From the NCBI GenBank assembly GCA_002269645.1, contig NIVC01001159.1:460931-524930 (forward strand): a stretch of 64,000 nt of DNA, in the 5' to 3' direction. Position 1 is the first letter of the stretch. Each line of letters opens with the position of its first letter. The notes beneath the pieces were generated by a model that saw nothing but the letters and a program-made list of their open reading frames with translations, had not been told where the DNA came from and did no database searches. Made by a program: the position numbers and the translations under genes. Source of the stretch: Macrostomum lignano. Its lineage: Eukaryota. Shown here piece by piece: positions 11,701 to 24,432 of the stretch.

Positions 11701-11857
11701 ACTGTCGCACCGCCTGGCACCGCAAATTCCGCTGCCGCCCCCTTTCAGGATGGTGCCAGTTAGCGTCTCTTACAAGCTGCTGAACTTCTTCGGCGTCTTC
11801 GACTCCATGGCCGGATTCCGCGGTCGCCAAGGCGGCGCCGACGCCAAGAAAGATTAA
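8727..11857 (+). CDS. SDR16C5: Short-chain dehydrogenase/reductase, SDR16C family (RDH10/epidermal retinol dehydrogenase 2-like); exons 8727-8868, 9358-9755, 10426-10718, 11749-11857; 313 aa
   Basis: Spliced motifs TGAASGLGR (TGxxxGxG), DILVNNAG, YCASK (YxxxK), CPYYINTGMF and C-terminal SMAGFRGR. Splice phases 1/0/2 are consistent. Symbol is the closest family member, orthology not established. Confidence 0.9.
9765..10375. repeat. About 40-bp C-rich minisatellite, SDR intron 2
   Basis: Unit CAGCCCCCCCCTGATCCTTCAGTGGCTGCCACCGCCACCT with variable C-run. Confidence 0.92.
10775..11530. repeat. 28-bp minisatellite (CCTCCCAGATCCTCAGTTGCTGGGCCAG), SDR intron 3
   Basis: Seen directly. Confidence 0.95.
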
Positions 11858-13666
11858 TATCAATTTGGGTAATCACGGATGACGCTTTAAAGAGCAGATG
11901 CTGCGGTCTGACTTTTATGCTAGCCCAGTGATTTTTTCAATGATTTTTTTCAACTGATTTCACACTGAATCAAACTTATTGAAAAACTAGGGACAGCAGG
12001 TGACTCAACTGCTTGCTAGCATGTTGTATGGCTGTATTTCTGTTGCATATTATGCACTCGCTATTTGGCTTTTTTTCAGTTCGAGGCTCGTGCGATTTTA
12101 GCTCTAGTTAAAATTCTAAATTTATAACTATAATTCTTGTTTCTTTATTAAGAGTATTGCAGAGTTTGTGTTGTTGTTTTTAGTAGAAATAGAAAATAAA
12201 ATTGCTTCATAAATACTGCCGATTTAGTGTGATTTTCTACACTTAGAAACACTTTAACGCTTAATCAAAATATTTGTGTTAGTTTTTTTGCATGACATTG
12301 TTTTCAAATACAATTCTTACGCAGCAGTATATGTTGAGACGGAAAAACTAAGAGTACATGTAGATGTGTTTATTGTTTATGTGGCCTGTCGAGAATCCCC
12401 AACTCAGGAGGGCTGTTGTTGATTTTGGATCTAGCTCATTATTGTTCTCAAAACTAGAGACGGGTCATCTGGTGGCAGAGCTTAGATGAAGAAGCGTTAG
12501 CCTGATCAAATTGGGCTATCGTTTACATGTACGTTTTTGCTTTTTAGTTTCCCAAATTTGTTGTATATTTTTAGTATATAGGATATAATCTACATACATG
12601 CATATATTTCAGCATTGCATAGGCATACAGTATGTTAAAGCATTTTAGGTTGTAACTTGTCAGGCAATAATAATGCTACTTGTTATTTAATTGCTAATAA
12701 AAACAACTTCACTTAAACTAAACTAACCATTATTCGATTAAACTTCAAACGTATAGTAGCAAATCTAGCAAACCCCGATGATTTCACGAGACTGAACCGA
12801 TAAAGATGATAAGATATTTTTTGTCGGTTTTAGGCAAATTTTACACATATATGACGCTTCAAAATAGTAAAACAAGCATTAGAGCAATTTATTACTTATA
12901 ATAATTTTAATTTTAATTTGTCAATATAACAATACAAAACTAAAGTATTTAGTAACATATAACATTACTTGATAATTTTTTTTCAGGTTTCATAACCTGG
13001 ATTTTAAGTATATTTTCTGCGATGAATATCAGAAAATGTGGAACAAACTCAGCAAGCACCCGGACACTTTAATTTTGAAACAAGAAGACAGAGTTTTCAT
13101 TTTTTGGTAAATTTTAATCGATTAAGCGATGGCTCTATCTTGAGAAAAATCTACTTGTATTCGCTGTTTTTTGTGCAATATATTTCCTGACTCTTAAATT
13201 GGCAACCCTAAAATTAAATCCAGGATGCAAATTTGCATTCCTTATATTTTAAAAAATATAGTATTGATGTGCGTTAAAGTAAAACATGTAGGCCCTATCT
13301 TTTTATTAAGTTTCAATCTAGATCTAGCGCCTTTCTTCCATTGCAGATCTATGTATGAGTATGACTAGGGTCTATGGCTAGGGTCTGGCTTCTATTCTAG
13401 CCATTTGATCCAAACAACTAATTGATAAGAAAGAAAATGCAAATGTAATATGAATTTTATATTTTATAAACTGTTAGCAGTGTTATCTTTACTTAAGAAT
13501 TCACAACCTTGAATTATATTTTGGGATACACTTCTGCAATTTATATAAAGAAAGCCTTAAAAAGGCTTTATAAAATTTATAAGCCTAAGGCTAGGCCTAT
13601 GCTTCTTTTGAAAAAGACTATGAATAAAATGCCTTTGATAGGAAAATTCTCGTATATATATATAGG

Positions 13667-14205
13667 CCATAGTCCGGATCATGCTGGGTGCACGCCCGAA
13701 CAAAAATTGAATAATTACAAATGCACGCCGAAAAAAACTTAGTGCACGCCCATTCTAAAAAATATGCCGGTGTTGCGACAATAAATGACCTTTTTTACGT
13801 TGTGACAATAAAAGACCTTTTTTAAAATTGCGTAATAGACCCTTAATATTAAATAATTTTGTTGCTTTTAAAGCTATCTTGGTGATACTATTCACAGCGG
13901 AAAGTTTATACACGCAAAAATTTGTTTATATTGTACTTTATGAGCTAGAAAAACCCGGAAAGCTTGAAATTTGCGCTTAAAAATGAACTTTTTTTTATCT
14001 TTTTTCTTACGTACTTTACAATAACTCTTACGCGTGATTCTATAAAGTGCACGCCAGGTGTGCACGCATACTATTTTCTCACGAGTGATGCACGCCAACT
14101 TTTAGTGCGTGTGCCATTGCACGCCAACTATGCACGCCAACTTTGGCATGCAAAGCAAATGCACGCCCGAATTTTCGGGCGTATACTACATGATCCGGAC
14201 TATGG
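13667..14205. mobile_element. Non-autonomous hAT-type MITE (539 bp)
   Basis: Perfect 17-bp TIR CCATAGTCCGGATCATG, 8-bp TSD TATATAGG (13659-13666 and 14206-14213), many subterminal TGCACGCC motifs. Confidence 0.85.
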
Positions 14206-14822
14206 TATATAGGGCCTAACTTTATAGGGGGTAAGCCTTTTTGGCAACATTCAAGAATTGTTTGCTAAACTGGCAAATTGGCAAAAGTTTCGCAAATCTT
14301 GGGATTCATAGGATCAGGATATCCTGGACTTTGAAAACCCTGAGATTCTTTGGATTGAGATATCTTGGACTTTGCCAATCCCAGGATCCAGGGATTGAAA
14401 AGGTTTCTAATTTTTCTTAGTACAATTTTGGTTTATGAAGCTATCTAATATATTTTAAAAGGCATTTAATCATAAAAGTATAATAGAATAAAAGATTTTG
14501 CAATTTGCAATATTAGAAACTGACAGTGAGCTTTGAATTAGAGTGTGATATATAGGCGGGCATAATAGACATGCTTTTTCACATGCCAGTATTAGGTTAG
14601 GAAAATCACTTAAGATATAACTTGGGGAATGATAGCTTATCATCAGCTATAGCCTGATATACTGATACCAGGTTAGAAAGGGATCAAACCTCACCCTCCT
14701 AAGGGCATCTGCCCTAGATAGAGAATTAGTAGCTTTGGTTGTTATCTAATAGCAAGGTCTCAACTCCCACTGTTCTAATCCTATCTATGGCTTAGGAGTT
14801 TTAAAAGTAGGAACTAAAAGTA

Positions 14823-15684
14823 GGTGTCCCATAAGTAACTTTACAACTTGTTTCGTGAATAACTTTGTGATTAATGCTTGGATCCCCTCCAGATTTTAGC
14901 ATAGGAAAATATATAGAAAAGGGATTTTTTTGACACCAAAAGCATGTTCATACGTTGATATTTTATTATTCAAATGGTAATTTAAAAAAATACCAGATCC
15001 CATCAGATTTCTCCTGACCTAACGCCCTTGGATTACTGGTTGTAGGGCGATCTGAAGCAGAGAGTCTATGCAATGCAGCCGCACACAATCGATGAGCTCC
15101 GACAGAGGATCTCAGACGAAGTGGCCCAGATTTCGCCTGAGATGCTTACCAAAGCCCTGCTGGACTTTCCGCGGCGGCTGGAGGCCTGCCTTACAAACGG
15201 TGGTGGCCACATCGAAGGACCCTGAATGGACTGTATTTTTTAATGTATGAACATGCTTTTGGTGTCAAAAAATCCCTTTTCTATATATTTTCTTATGCTA
15301 AAATCTGGTGGGGATCATACATGCGCAACAGTCGGCCGAGTCGGCCAATCCGGCCGACTGATTTGGCGGCCAACCAAGGAAGTCGCAAAAAAGCCCACCC
15401 AAAAAAATACTAAAGTAGTAGTACTAAGTAGCTGACGAGGCATTTTGCCTTAATAAAACAGTCATAGTTACTCCTGCCGTTTACCCAAAGTTGCGTTAAT
15501 TTTGCGTTTGGGTTTTTTTTACATGTAAGTCGCATTTTTGGCCAAAAACTACGTCGCATTTTTGTTAAAACTAAGTCGCATGGCCGACCGAATTTTGAAG
15601 GTTGCGCATGTATGGTGGGGATCCAAGCATTAATCACAAAGTTATTCATGAAACAAGTTGTAAAGTTACTTATGGGACACCCTG
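14823..15684 (+). mobile_element. Internally deleted Tc1/mariner-superfamily element with about 140-bp TIRs and a transposase C-terminal relic (15001-15225)
   Basis: Left GGTGTCCCATAAGTAACTTTACAAC... is the reverse complement of the right end ...GTTACTTATGGGACACCCTG|TA. Relic reads SPDLTPLDYWL*GDLKQRVY...RRLEACLTNGGGHIE, a typical mariner/Tc1 C-terminus with an in-frame stop. Confidence 0.85.
15316..15614. mobile_element. hAT-type MITE (299 bp) nested in the right TIR of the Tc1/mariner element
   Basis: Perfect 14-bp TIR CATACATGCGCAAC and 8-bp TSD GTGGGGAT (15308-15315 and 15615-15622). Confidence 0.85.
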
Positions 15685-17961
15685 TAGTTCTGCCACCAAC
15701 CCTATTCTGGATATCTAAAGGGCTATGTCCTGACAATGTTAAAAGTAAGGTCTTCTGCATAGGGGGCTTCTTATCTGTGCAAGTTTAAGACCACCTGATT
15801 TTAGCTAGGTTTGAGATACAGAGGGAAAGTTCAAATGAACCATGATTTGACTCTTGTCTAGCAAGTACCAGCACTATGATTAGAAACAATGAGAAATAGG
15901 CTTTTATTGCTTTAGGCTCTATGCACAGGTTTTTCAATTAATTACATTAGTCTGTAAGTAACATATGCATACAGCTACATGTATATTGTTATACCTAAAA
16001 TCTCCTTACAATCTACCAACAGCTTTAGTTTTGTATCCCTACAGTCCTAGCCTTCTTACTAGCCTGCATGTCTAAAAGATTAATAAATCAAAGCAAGACA
16101 AAGGGGTGATGATTTTCACCTGACAGTAGCTCAGCTGCAGATACTACTGTTTGAGAATGAATGATTGAGTTATTGCAAACTGGGATCAGGATCTCAATGG
16201 TCAATCCTAGGATTTTTGAATCCTAGACAAGTGTGATCCTAGGATTTAGGCCTAATCAAAATCCCAGGATTCTAAATCCTATGATTTGGGCCTAATCTTG
16301 GGATTTTGGGATCCTAGGATCCTAGGATTGTATTCCCTATGCATGACAATGGAAAATTTTTGCTTAGATCTGTGGCATACCTGTGTACATATTAGGATCA
16401 AATAAAGTGACTTTATGTAAGATATGCTATATCCATGCAACACTGTCAACATGGATTCACAGAAAAAGGAATAATGAAAAACAAATTTAAATTTTGTGCT
16501 CTAAAAACATTTTTTATTAATTTTCAGCAAAAGAGTATTCAAAATACTTCTTTTATAATTGTCTTTTCTCAGTGCACATTTCAATAGTGCATAATTTTTT
16601 AGTTTATTATTCTGCATGAAAATTAAATTCAAGAATAAAAACTGTTATATAAAGTTGAAAAAAATATTTTTTGTCTTGGTATACAAATATGGTCTTGTAA
16701 TTTTTCCCCTATTGGACCTGATGTACACTAATATACCAACTGAACTATGTCCCATTGATATCGTTTCTATGTCTACTGCCAGATTTTGGTACAAATTTTG
16801 CACAAATTTGAGTTTAGTGCATGATTCTTGAATATTGCTACTTTTTTAGGCCAATATCTTGGTGGCATATATGGAAATGGCCTAGTGTACAATGCGATAG
16901 TGCAAGACAATGGCATAGCATAGGGTTTTTATAAATACTTAAGTGTACCATTATAAAAATTATGAGAGCATATATTTTAATTTAAGTATATTTTGCTATA
17001 TAAACTCTATAGTCAGAAAGGTGGCCTTTGCCATGGAAATTCTAGTATACAATCATAGTATACACAAGGGATATATGATGTTCTCAATACATAATCATAA
17101 TGCATGCAAGGGGTCCCTAATGCACTTAGTGCATAATTATGGCAGAGATTAAGATCTCTAATGCATATGGTGCACAACTTTTTTGACAAAAATTTTGTAA
17201 AACAACTATTAGTTAATCTAATCTAATTTGTACTTTAAAAATTATGTATAATATTGTTGTTAATGAATTGGTATGCTAGTTGATCAATGGAACAAATTGA
17301 TAGACTTATGCTGCATTTGCAATTCTTAGAATAAAGCCACCCTTTTATTTGGTATCCCACTTATATGACAGTTGCATTGAATATATAGTGAAAAAGTAAG
17401 GACAACATATATTGATATAAATTCTATAAAATTCCTTTCAAGTAGCCTGACTAGAAATGAATTGACAAACTAGGCCTGTATAGAAAGTATTCCCTATGTC
17501 ATTAACAAATAATCTATTGAGAATATCATAGAACAAAAGTTAGTTAAGACTGATTGGATTTATTGCAATATGGGTAGATAAAGTCGACATAGGTCAAAGA
17601 AACTTTACATTAAGGCAAATAATTGGTTTATGGTATAAATTTGTGCCAGATCTATTAACTGCTTTAATACTATAAGTGCTCATTCCCACTGCCATTAAAT
17701 AAAACCAAACTTAATGTGCTGTCTTGTATGTAAGCTGTACTGCTAAAAATAATTGCTTGTGGAGTGTAAATGAAGAAAGAATGTGCAGTGCACATCATAT
17801 TAATTGGCCGCATTATAAATTGCTTGCATTGCTTTATGGCTTCCTCCTGTCAGCAGTAGTTCGTCAAGTGGGATTGCAAGATTGGCAGAGCGCCAGAGAG
17901 TCTCAGTTCCAGTGCAGCCACCCATCAGCGCAGATCTAGAGTAGGCCCTTCAAATCATCGG

Positions 17962-20900
17962 ATGACGATGGCCAGCCGCTTGGACTCCGGCCTGGACGAG
18001 CGCCTGGTCGAGGAGGTGGAGGGCGGCGAAGAAGACGAGGACGGCGATTTCGCGTCAGGCGCCGAGGTAGCCGCAGATCAGGACGTCGACGCGTTCGACG
18101 ACAATGAGCAATTCAGGGAGCAGCACGCCGTCAAAGTGATCCAGCGCTATTATCGGGGCTACAAATTGCGCAAAGATTTCGATCAGATGCGCGACGATAA
18201 GCGCTGCTCTAGGCGCCTGGATCTTGGCGCTATTGGCGCCAATAGTGCGCTAGACATGTCCGATAGCGCCGTGGACGTCACTGCTTTGAGCATTGAGCAG
18301 AAGCAGCAACAGCAACACTCCAGCAGCAAATCTAAGAAGCAGCAACAGCAGCGCCACCAGCATCATCCAAGGCATCAGCATCGGCACAATTCCCTTGACG
18401 ACATCCTTGTTGGCAATGACGAAGCCTTCCTGGCCTGGCAGCGCAGTCTGCAGCCTTTGGGAGTCGGCGGCGGCAATGGAAACACCGGAGGCGAAGGCGG
18501 CGGCATCAGCGGAGGCGACGCAACGGACGGCGATTCGCCCGGCCAGGACAGCGGGGTGCACAGCAGCGAGCAGCTGGTAGCTGCTGCGGCCTCCGCGTCC
18601 ACCACCGTCGCTTCGTCGACGCCGTCGCGACCTTCGTCACATTCGCAGCAGTTTCACCATCAGCAGCCGCAGCGCCCGCCGCTTGTCAAGCGCTGCCACT
18701 CCTGCTCAGCCGCTGCCGCCGCCGCTGCCGCCGCTGGCGGAGCATCTTCAACTGGAACGCCTCCGTCTGCTGATTTCCTGTCTTCTGCTTTGCCGCAAAA
18801 GCAGCAAACTCAGAAAGCGCAGACTGCTCATAGTCAGCATCATCATCATCATCAGCAGGCTCAGATGCCGCCATCGGCATCCGTCCCAGCCATGGTCTCG
18901 GGCGCCGTTGGCAACGGGAGCTCCCCAGCTGTTGCCACGTGTCCCCGGCACCAGCAGCAGCAGCAGCCGGCCTCCTACGCCTCTCACTACAGTCACAACG
19001 ATCGAGTTCGAAAGAGAACCTATCGGATCGGTTTGAACTTTTTTAATAGGTGCGATTTTTAATTGCTTTTTTTAAGCTCGTTGAAAATGGGGCCCTGGTT
19101 TTGAAACAGCGATGCCAGCTAGAGGGGGGGCGAAGTTCAGTAATTTCTGCACCATGTGTGTTTACCAGATTGTTCGGTCTATAAAGGTATCTCCGCTAAG
19201 TAAACATTGCCCACAGCCACTTGGTAACTGCTGCCAATTATAATTGGACTTCGCGCCTTGCTGTTAGTTTATATAGAACTTCCTCTTCTGAAACTTGAGG
19301 TTCAGTTTTAAACGCGGTCCAGTCCAATTCAATTCCAGGCTGTGCTGTGCTGTTAATTGTGAATATTATTTCACGTGAATTCATTGAAAAGAGCTTGTCA
19401 AGATGAGATTTTAGTGCTGAAAATGAGCATTAGCTGTTTATAAAGTGGAGAGTAAAAGTATATAGGTAGATATAGAGAGTTAGATGGGTTAAGTGTACAG
19501 ATATAGATATGTTACTGTAGAAAAGTAGAGGGGAGTAGGGGTGAGAAGTAGAGGGGTAGGATGGAAAAGTAGAGGGGAGTAGGGGTGAGAAGTAGAGGGG
19601 TAGGATGGAAAAGTAGAGGGGAGTAGGGGTGAGAAGTAGAGGGGTAGGATGCAAAAGTAGAGGGGAGTAGGGGTGAGAAGTAGAGGGGTAGGATGCAAAA
19701 GTAGAGGGGAGTAGGGGTGAGAAGTAGAGGGGTAGGATGCAAAAGTAGAGGGGAGTAGGGGTGAGAAGTAGAGAGGTAGGATGCAAAAGTAGAGGGGAGT
19801 AGGGGTGAGAAGTAGAGGGGTAGGATGCAAAAGTAGAGGGGAGTAGGGGTGAGAAGTAGAGAGGTATGATGAAGAAGTAGAGGGAAGATGGAGAAGTAGA
19901 GTGATACGATTCTGGAGTAGAGGGATAGGATGGAGAAGTAGGCCTAGATAGTAGAAGAGGTGAGTAGAGAGAGGATAGAGAAGTAGGTACAGATAAATGC
20001 GTTTGGCCAAGTAAAGTTGCTGCTGGGCCTTGGCACAGTTTATAGTTATATTTAGTTAGTACCTGTCACCATGGCTCTGAATCGGTTGCGCAACACACCC
20101 AATGCCCGCTAATTCCAGGAAACCGGACAAGGGCATCCAGTTCCTGATTGGGCACCACTTCATCCAGAACAGCCCCTCAGCCGTGGCCAGATTCCTGCTG
20201 CACCGCAAAGGCCTCTGCAAGCAGGTGATCTCCAATTACCTCGGCCAGTGCCACGCCTCCGCCTTTGTAAACAGGGTGTGCGACCATTTTTTAAACGACT
20301 TCGACTTTGCCAGCAAGCCTTTGGACATTGCGCTGAGGGAATTTCTACAGTTTATCGAGATTAAGGTATGCCACTGGTCTGTTGACTCCCTTTAACTAAT
20401 CGGCCTCAGGCTCCCTTCCGCTGTCTGCCGCTCCCTTCCCCTTGTCTGCCGCTCCCTTTCCCCTGTCTGCCGCTCCCTTCCCCCTGTCTGCCGCTCCCTT
20501 TCCGCTGTCTGCCGCTCCCTTCCCCCTGTCTGCCGCTCCCTTCCCCCTGTCTGCCGCTCCCTTCCCCCTGTCTGCCGCTCCCTTACCCCTGTCTGCCGCT
20601 ATCTTACCCCTGTCTGCCGCTATCTTACCCCTGTCTGCCGCTATCTTACCCCTGTCTGCCGCTCCCTTACCCCTGTCTGCCGCTATCTTACCCCTGTCTG
20701 CCACTCCCTTCCCGCTGTCTGCCGCTCCCTTCCCCCTGTCTGCCGCTCCATTCCCTTCCCCCTGTCTGCCGCTCCTTTCCCTTCCCCCTGTCTGCCGCTC
20801 CTTTCCCTTCCCCCTGTCTGCCGCTCCCTTCCCGCACAGCGCAGCCATGGCTAGGTAGTTCATCCCATTTCAGCGCTGGTGCAGCCGCGCTCGCCAGAAG

Positions 20901-23900
20901 TATTATCGTGCGCAGCTGGCGTGTACCGGGTGGGTGCAGGGAGGGGGTTGGTGTTGAGTTAGTTTTGCCCATAAAGCCCTAGCAGAGCCGTAAGCGCAAC
21001 TGATGAAGCTCTGTTGCTAAGAGCCTATGAGCAGCTCTGCTGCCGCCTCCTGGACACGCAGATATTAATCATTCATTTTGGGCTGCTCGATGCGCGCAGG
21101 CTTAAGCACGTTTTGAAGTGGGTTAGCGAAGTTTTATGGGAGGGGTAGGCGGTCTTGGCTGCTGCCGCGGCTCGATGCTTCAGCTGTTTTTCAGGGAGAG
21201 GAATTGAGTGGGACTGGGGGGGGGGCAGGACAGCAAAATAGTAATCTACTAGTAGAGAGAACATTTCTCCGTAAGCAAATGCTCTACTCCAGCCCTTGCG
21301 CTGGCTGCGTACTTTTTATCATATATTTAAGGGAAAATTATCCTACTCAATTTCCAAGAATCATCAGAAAAAAGTTCTCAAACTTCCATATTGAATATGG
21401 TTGACCTTGTTAAAGAAATTTATATATGCTGTTCTGCTGCTTAGCCGAAGCGAAGCAGAAGTGCAGGCGGGCTTAAGTCTACCCCACCCCCATTCCCTCT
21501 CTCACTCTCGTCTCCTGCCTATGTGGAGCCTCATCTGGCGCAATGATTGCAGCCCAATGATTAGATTCTGTTTGAGCTGTCCTTTACACTCCTCAACTCC
21601 CCTCTCTCTCTATCTCTCTCGGACTCTAAATGATAGCCGAGAAATCGTTATTATCTTGCATAAAGCTGCCTTATATTACAATATATTATTTTATATTACT
21701 ACTGCGTCAGTCCCGAGTATTCTCTCTTTCTCTTTCTCCCTGCATTAAAGAGAATAGAAGACGGGCGCGCGCTTGCGTTTCTTTGCCTTTTTGTTTCATC
21801 ATATCATAAAACATCGTATCGTATCATTGCACTGATGCTTCTGTTCGCTGATCCCTTCCGTTATGAGGAGTTTTATGCCGATTTTTACTTGCTTGGCAAT
21901 TAACACTGTTGAACGTGGTCTTCGATATGCACACCTCAAAATCCTCTCCATCCCCGATGTACGCAGCCCTTATCAATCCACCCATCCCCAATGTACACAG
22001 CTCTTATCCCATCCCTAATGTCCGCAGCCCTTATCAATCCACCCCATCCCCAATGTACGCAGCCCTTATTAATCCACCCCATCCCTAATGTACGCAGTCC
22101 TTATCAATCCACCCCATCCCCAATGTACGCAGCCCTTATCAATCCACCCCATCCTCAATGTACGCAGCCCTTATCAATCCACCCCATCCCCAATGTACGC
22201 AGCCCTTATCAATCCACCCCATCCCCAATGTACGCAGCCCTTATCAATCCACCCATCTCCAATGTACGCAGCCCTTATCAATCCACCCCATCCCCAATGT
22301 ACGCAGCCCTTATCAATCCACCCATCTCCAATGTACGCAGCCCTTTTCAATCTACCCATCCCCAATGTACACAGCCCAATGTACATATATAATGCACGCG
22401 GGTAACACGGTGAGCCCCCATCCGCCACCCAGGGCGAGGCCCAGGTGGTCAGCCGCATCCTGGAGAAATTCGCCAATCGCTACATCACCTGCAACGCCAG
22501 TTGGATAGCGGAGAAATTCCAAGACAGCGACGTCATCCACCTGTTAGTGTTCGCCGTGATGATGCTGAACACTGATCTGCACAATATGAACAATAAGAAG
22601 AAGATTTCTCTGCGCGAGTTTGTGCACAATTTGCGCGGCTGCGACTCCGGCTCTGACCTGGCCGACACGCAGATGCTGGCGGATCTGTACGAGCGAATCC
22701 GGGCCGAGCCGCTCCGAGCTGGCAGCGACCACGTGACTCAGGTGCGAATTTTTGCCAACGCCTGGGGTCCGGGATGAAGAGGGTGTGAAAAACTGGGATG
22801 ATGGGGAAGAGGGTGTGGGGAACTGGGATGATGGGAAGAAGGTGTGGGAAACTGGGATGATGGGAAGGTGTGTGGAACTGGGATGATGGGGAAGAATGTG
22901 TGGGGAACTGGGATGATGGGGAAGAATGTGTGGGGAACTGGGATGATGGGGAAGAGGGTGTTGGATGCTGGAATGGCTGGGATTTCGTCATGGGTACTTA
23001 TGTGAAGCTGGGCTGAAGATGTATACCAAGAGTCCCTAATCCGCTGATTCCCCACCCGCAGGTGCTGAAGATGGAGGCGCAGCTGTATGGCCGGCACCCG
23101 CCGCTGGCGGAGCCGCACAGGCGGCTTGTCTGCTTCTGCAAGCTGTCGCTGGTGAAGGACTGGAAAGGCCAGACTAAGCCGCGCCAATCGGAACGGGCGG
23201 TGTTCCTGTTCAATGATATGCTGATCGTCACCAAGTGTCTGGAGCGGAAGCGGCGGGTGTTCTATCAGTACAGAGGCTCGCTGGGGCTGCACAGGATGCA
23301 GGCAAGTTGTGCGGCTTGTTGGGGCTGCGGTTGTTTGGGATAATTGGGGCTGCGGTTGTTTGGGATAATTGGGGCTGCGGTTGTTTGGGATAATTGGGGC
23401 TGCGGTTGTTTGGGATAATTGGGGCTGCGGTTGTTTGGGATAATTGGGGCTGCGGTTGTTTGGGATAATTGGGGCTGCGGTTGTTTGGGATAATTGGGGC
23501 TGTGGTTGTTTGGGATAATTGGGGCTGCGGTTGTTTGGGATAATTGGGGCTGCGGTTGTTTGGGATAATTGGGGCTGCGGTTATTTGGGATAATTGGGGC
23601 TGTGGTTGTTTGGGATAATTGGGGCTGCGGTTGTTTGGGATAATTGGGGCTGCGGTTGTTTGGGATAATTGGGGCTGCGGTGTATTTGGGATAATTGGGG
23701 CTGTGATGTATTTGGGATAATTGGAAATGTGGTGTATTTGGGATTATTGGGGCTGTCGTGTATTTGGGATTATTGGGGATGTGGTGTATTTGGGATTATT
23801 GGGGATGTGGTGTATTTGGGATAATTGGTGCTGTGGTGTATTTGGGATAATTGGTGCTGTGGTGTATTTGGGATTATTTGGGCTGTGCTGTATTTGGGAT

Positions 23901-24432
23901 TATTGGAGCTGTGCTGTATTTGGGGCTATTTGGGGTTTGGGATTCTGTATTTTCGATAATAGATAAGAAGCTCCTATCCCTAATGCTCCCTAAGTTGGAT
24001 AACTTCCAGCTCAGATTCGAACCCACGACCTCCCCCTTTGAACTCGTGCAGGTGTCGTTCAGCGTGCCGGACCGGCTGCAGCTGAGCTACCCGATCCACA
24101 TCGTGGCGGATCCAGACGGCTGCGACCTGGACTCCGGCGGCGGCTGCCACCACGACATGGTATTCGCCGCCAGGAATTTTCACGACAGGTCGCGATTCTG
24201 CGACGACCTGGTCGAATCGATTCACGAAGTCGGCGACATGCGGCGATTTGAGCGGTCGCTGTTTGCCGAGCCAGCGGTGTCCCAGCATCTGCAGCAACAG
24301 CAGGTGCTGCTTCATCACTCCCAGGTGCAGCAGCAGCATCCGCCCACTTGTCATCATCCGCCTCAAACTCGAAGAAGCCGAGCTTCCAGTGGCGGCGGCG
24401 GCAATTCCACGGCGACTACTAAAACTAATTGA
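17962..24432 (+). CDS. IQSEC1: IQ motif and SEC7 domain-containing ARF-GEF (IQSEC/BRAG family); exons 17962-19049, 20119-20365, 22433-22741, 23062-23301, 24052-24432; about 754 aa
   Basis: IQ motif AVKVIQRYYRGYKLRK, then RKRTYRIGLNFFNR|KPDKG. Sec7 catalytic IK|GEAQ and MLNTDLHN. PH domain with RRLVCFCKL, AVFLFNDMLIVTK and DRSRFCDDLVESIHEV. Intron 4 is GC-AG. Confidence 0.92.
19515..19870. repeat. 44-bp purine-rich minisatellite, IQSEC intron 1
   Basis: Unit AAAAGTAGAGGGGAGTAGGGGTGAGAAGTAGAGGGGTAGGATGC. Confidence 0.92.
20415..20835. repeat. 21-bp minisatellite (CTGTCTGCCGCTCCCTTCCCC), IQSEC intron 2
   Basis: Seen directly. Confidence 0.92.
21945..22385. repeat. 35-bp minisatellite (AATGTACGCAGCCCTTATCAATCCACCCCATCCCC), IQSEC intron 2
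   Basis: Seen directly. Confidence 0.92.
22775..22965. repeat. About 31-bp G-rich minisatellite, IQSEC intron 3
   Basis: GGGAACTGGGATGATGGGGAAG units. Confidence 0.85.
23315..23945. repeat. 25-bp minisatellite (GGGGCTGCGGTTGTTTGGGATAATT), IQSEC intron 4
   Basis: Seen directly, degenerating towards the 3' end. Confidence 0.92.

Noticed and set aside
8727-11857. Idea that the SDR next to TRMT10C is its RNase P partner HSD17B10/MRPP2
   Set aside because: Motifs (N-terminal membrane segment, YCASKFAAVGFDESL, CPYYINTGMF) fit SDR16C, not SDR5C1.
16180-16340. GGATCCTAGGAT-rich fragment ending in ...GATTGTATTCCCTA
   Set aside because: Resembles one end of a MITE but no partner TIR or TSD is visible.
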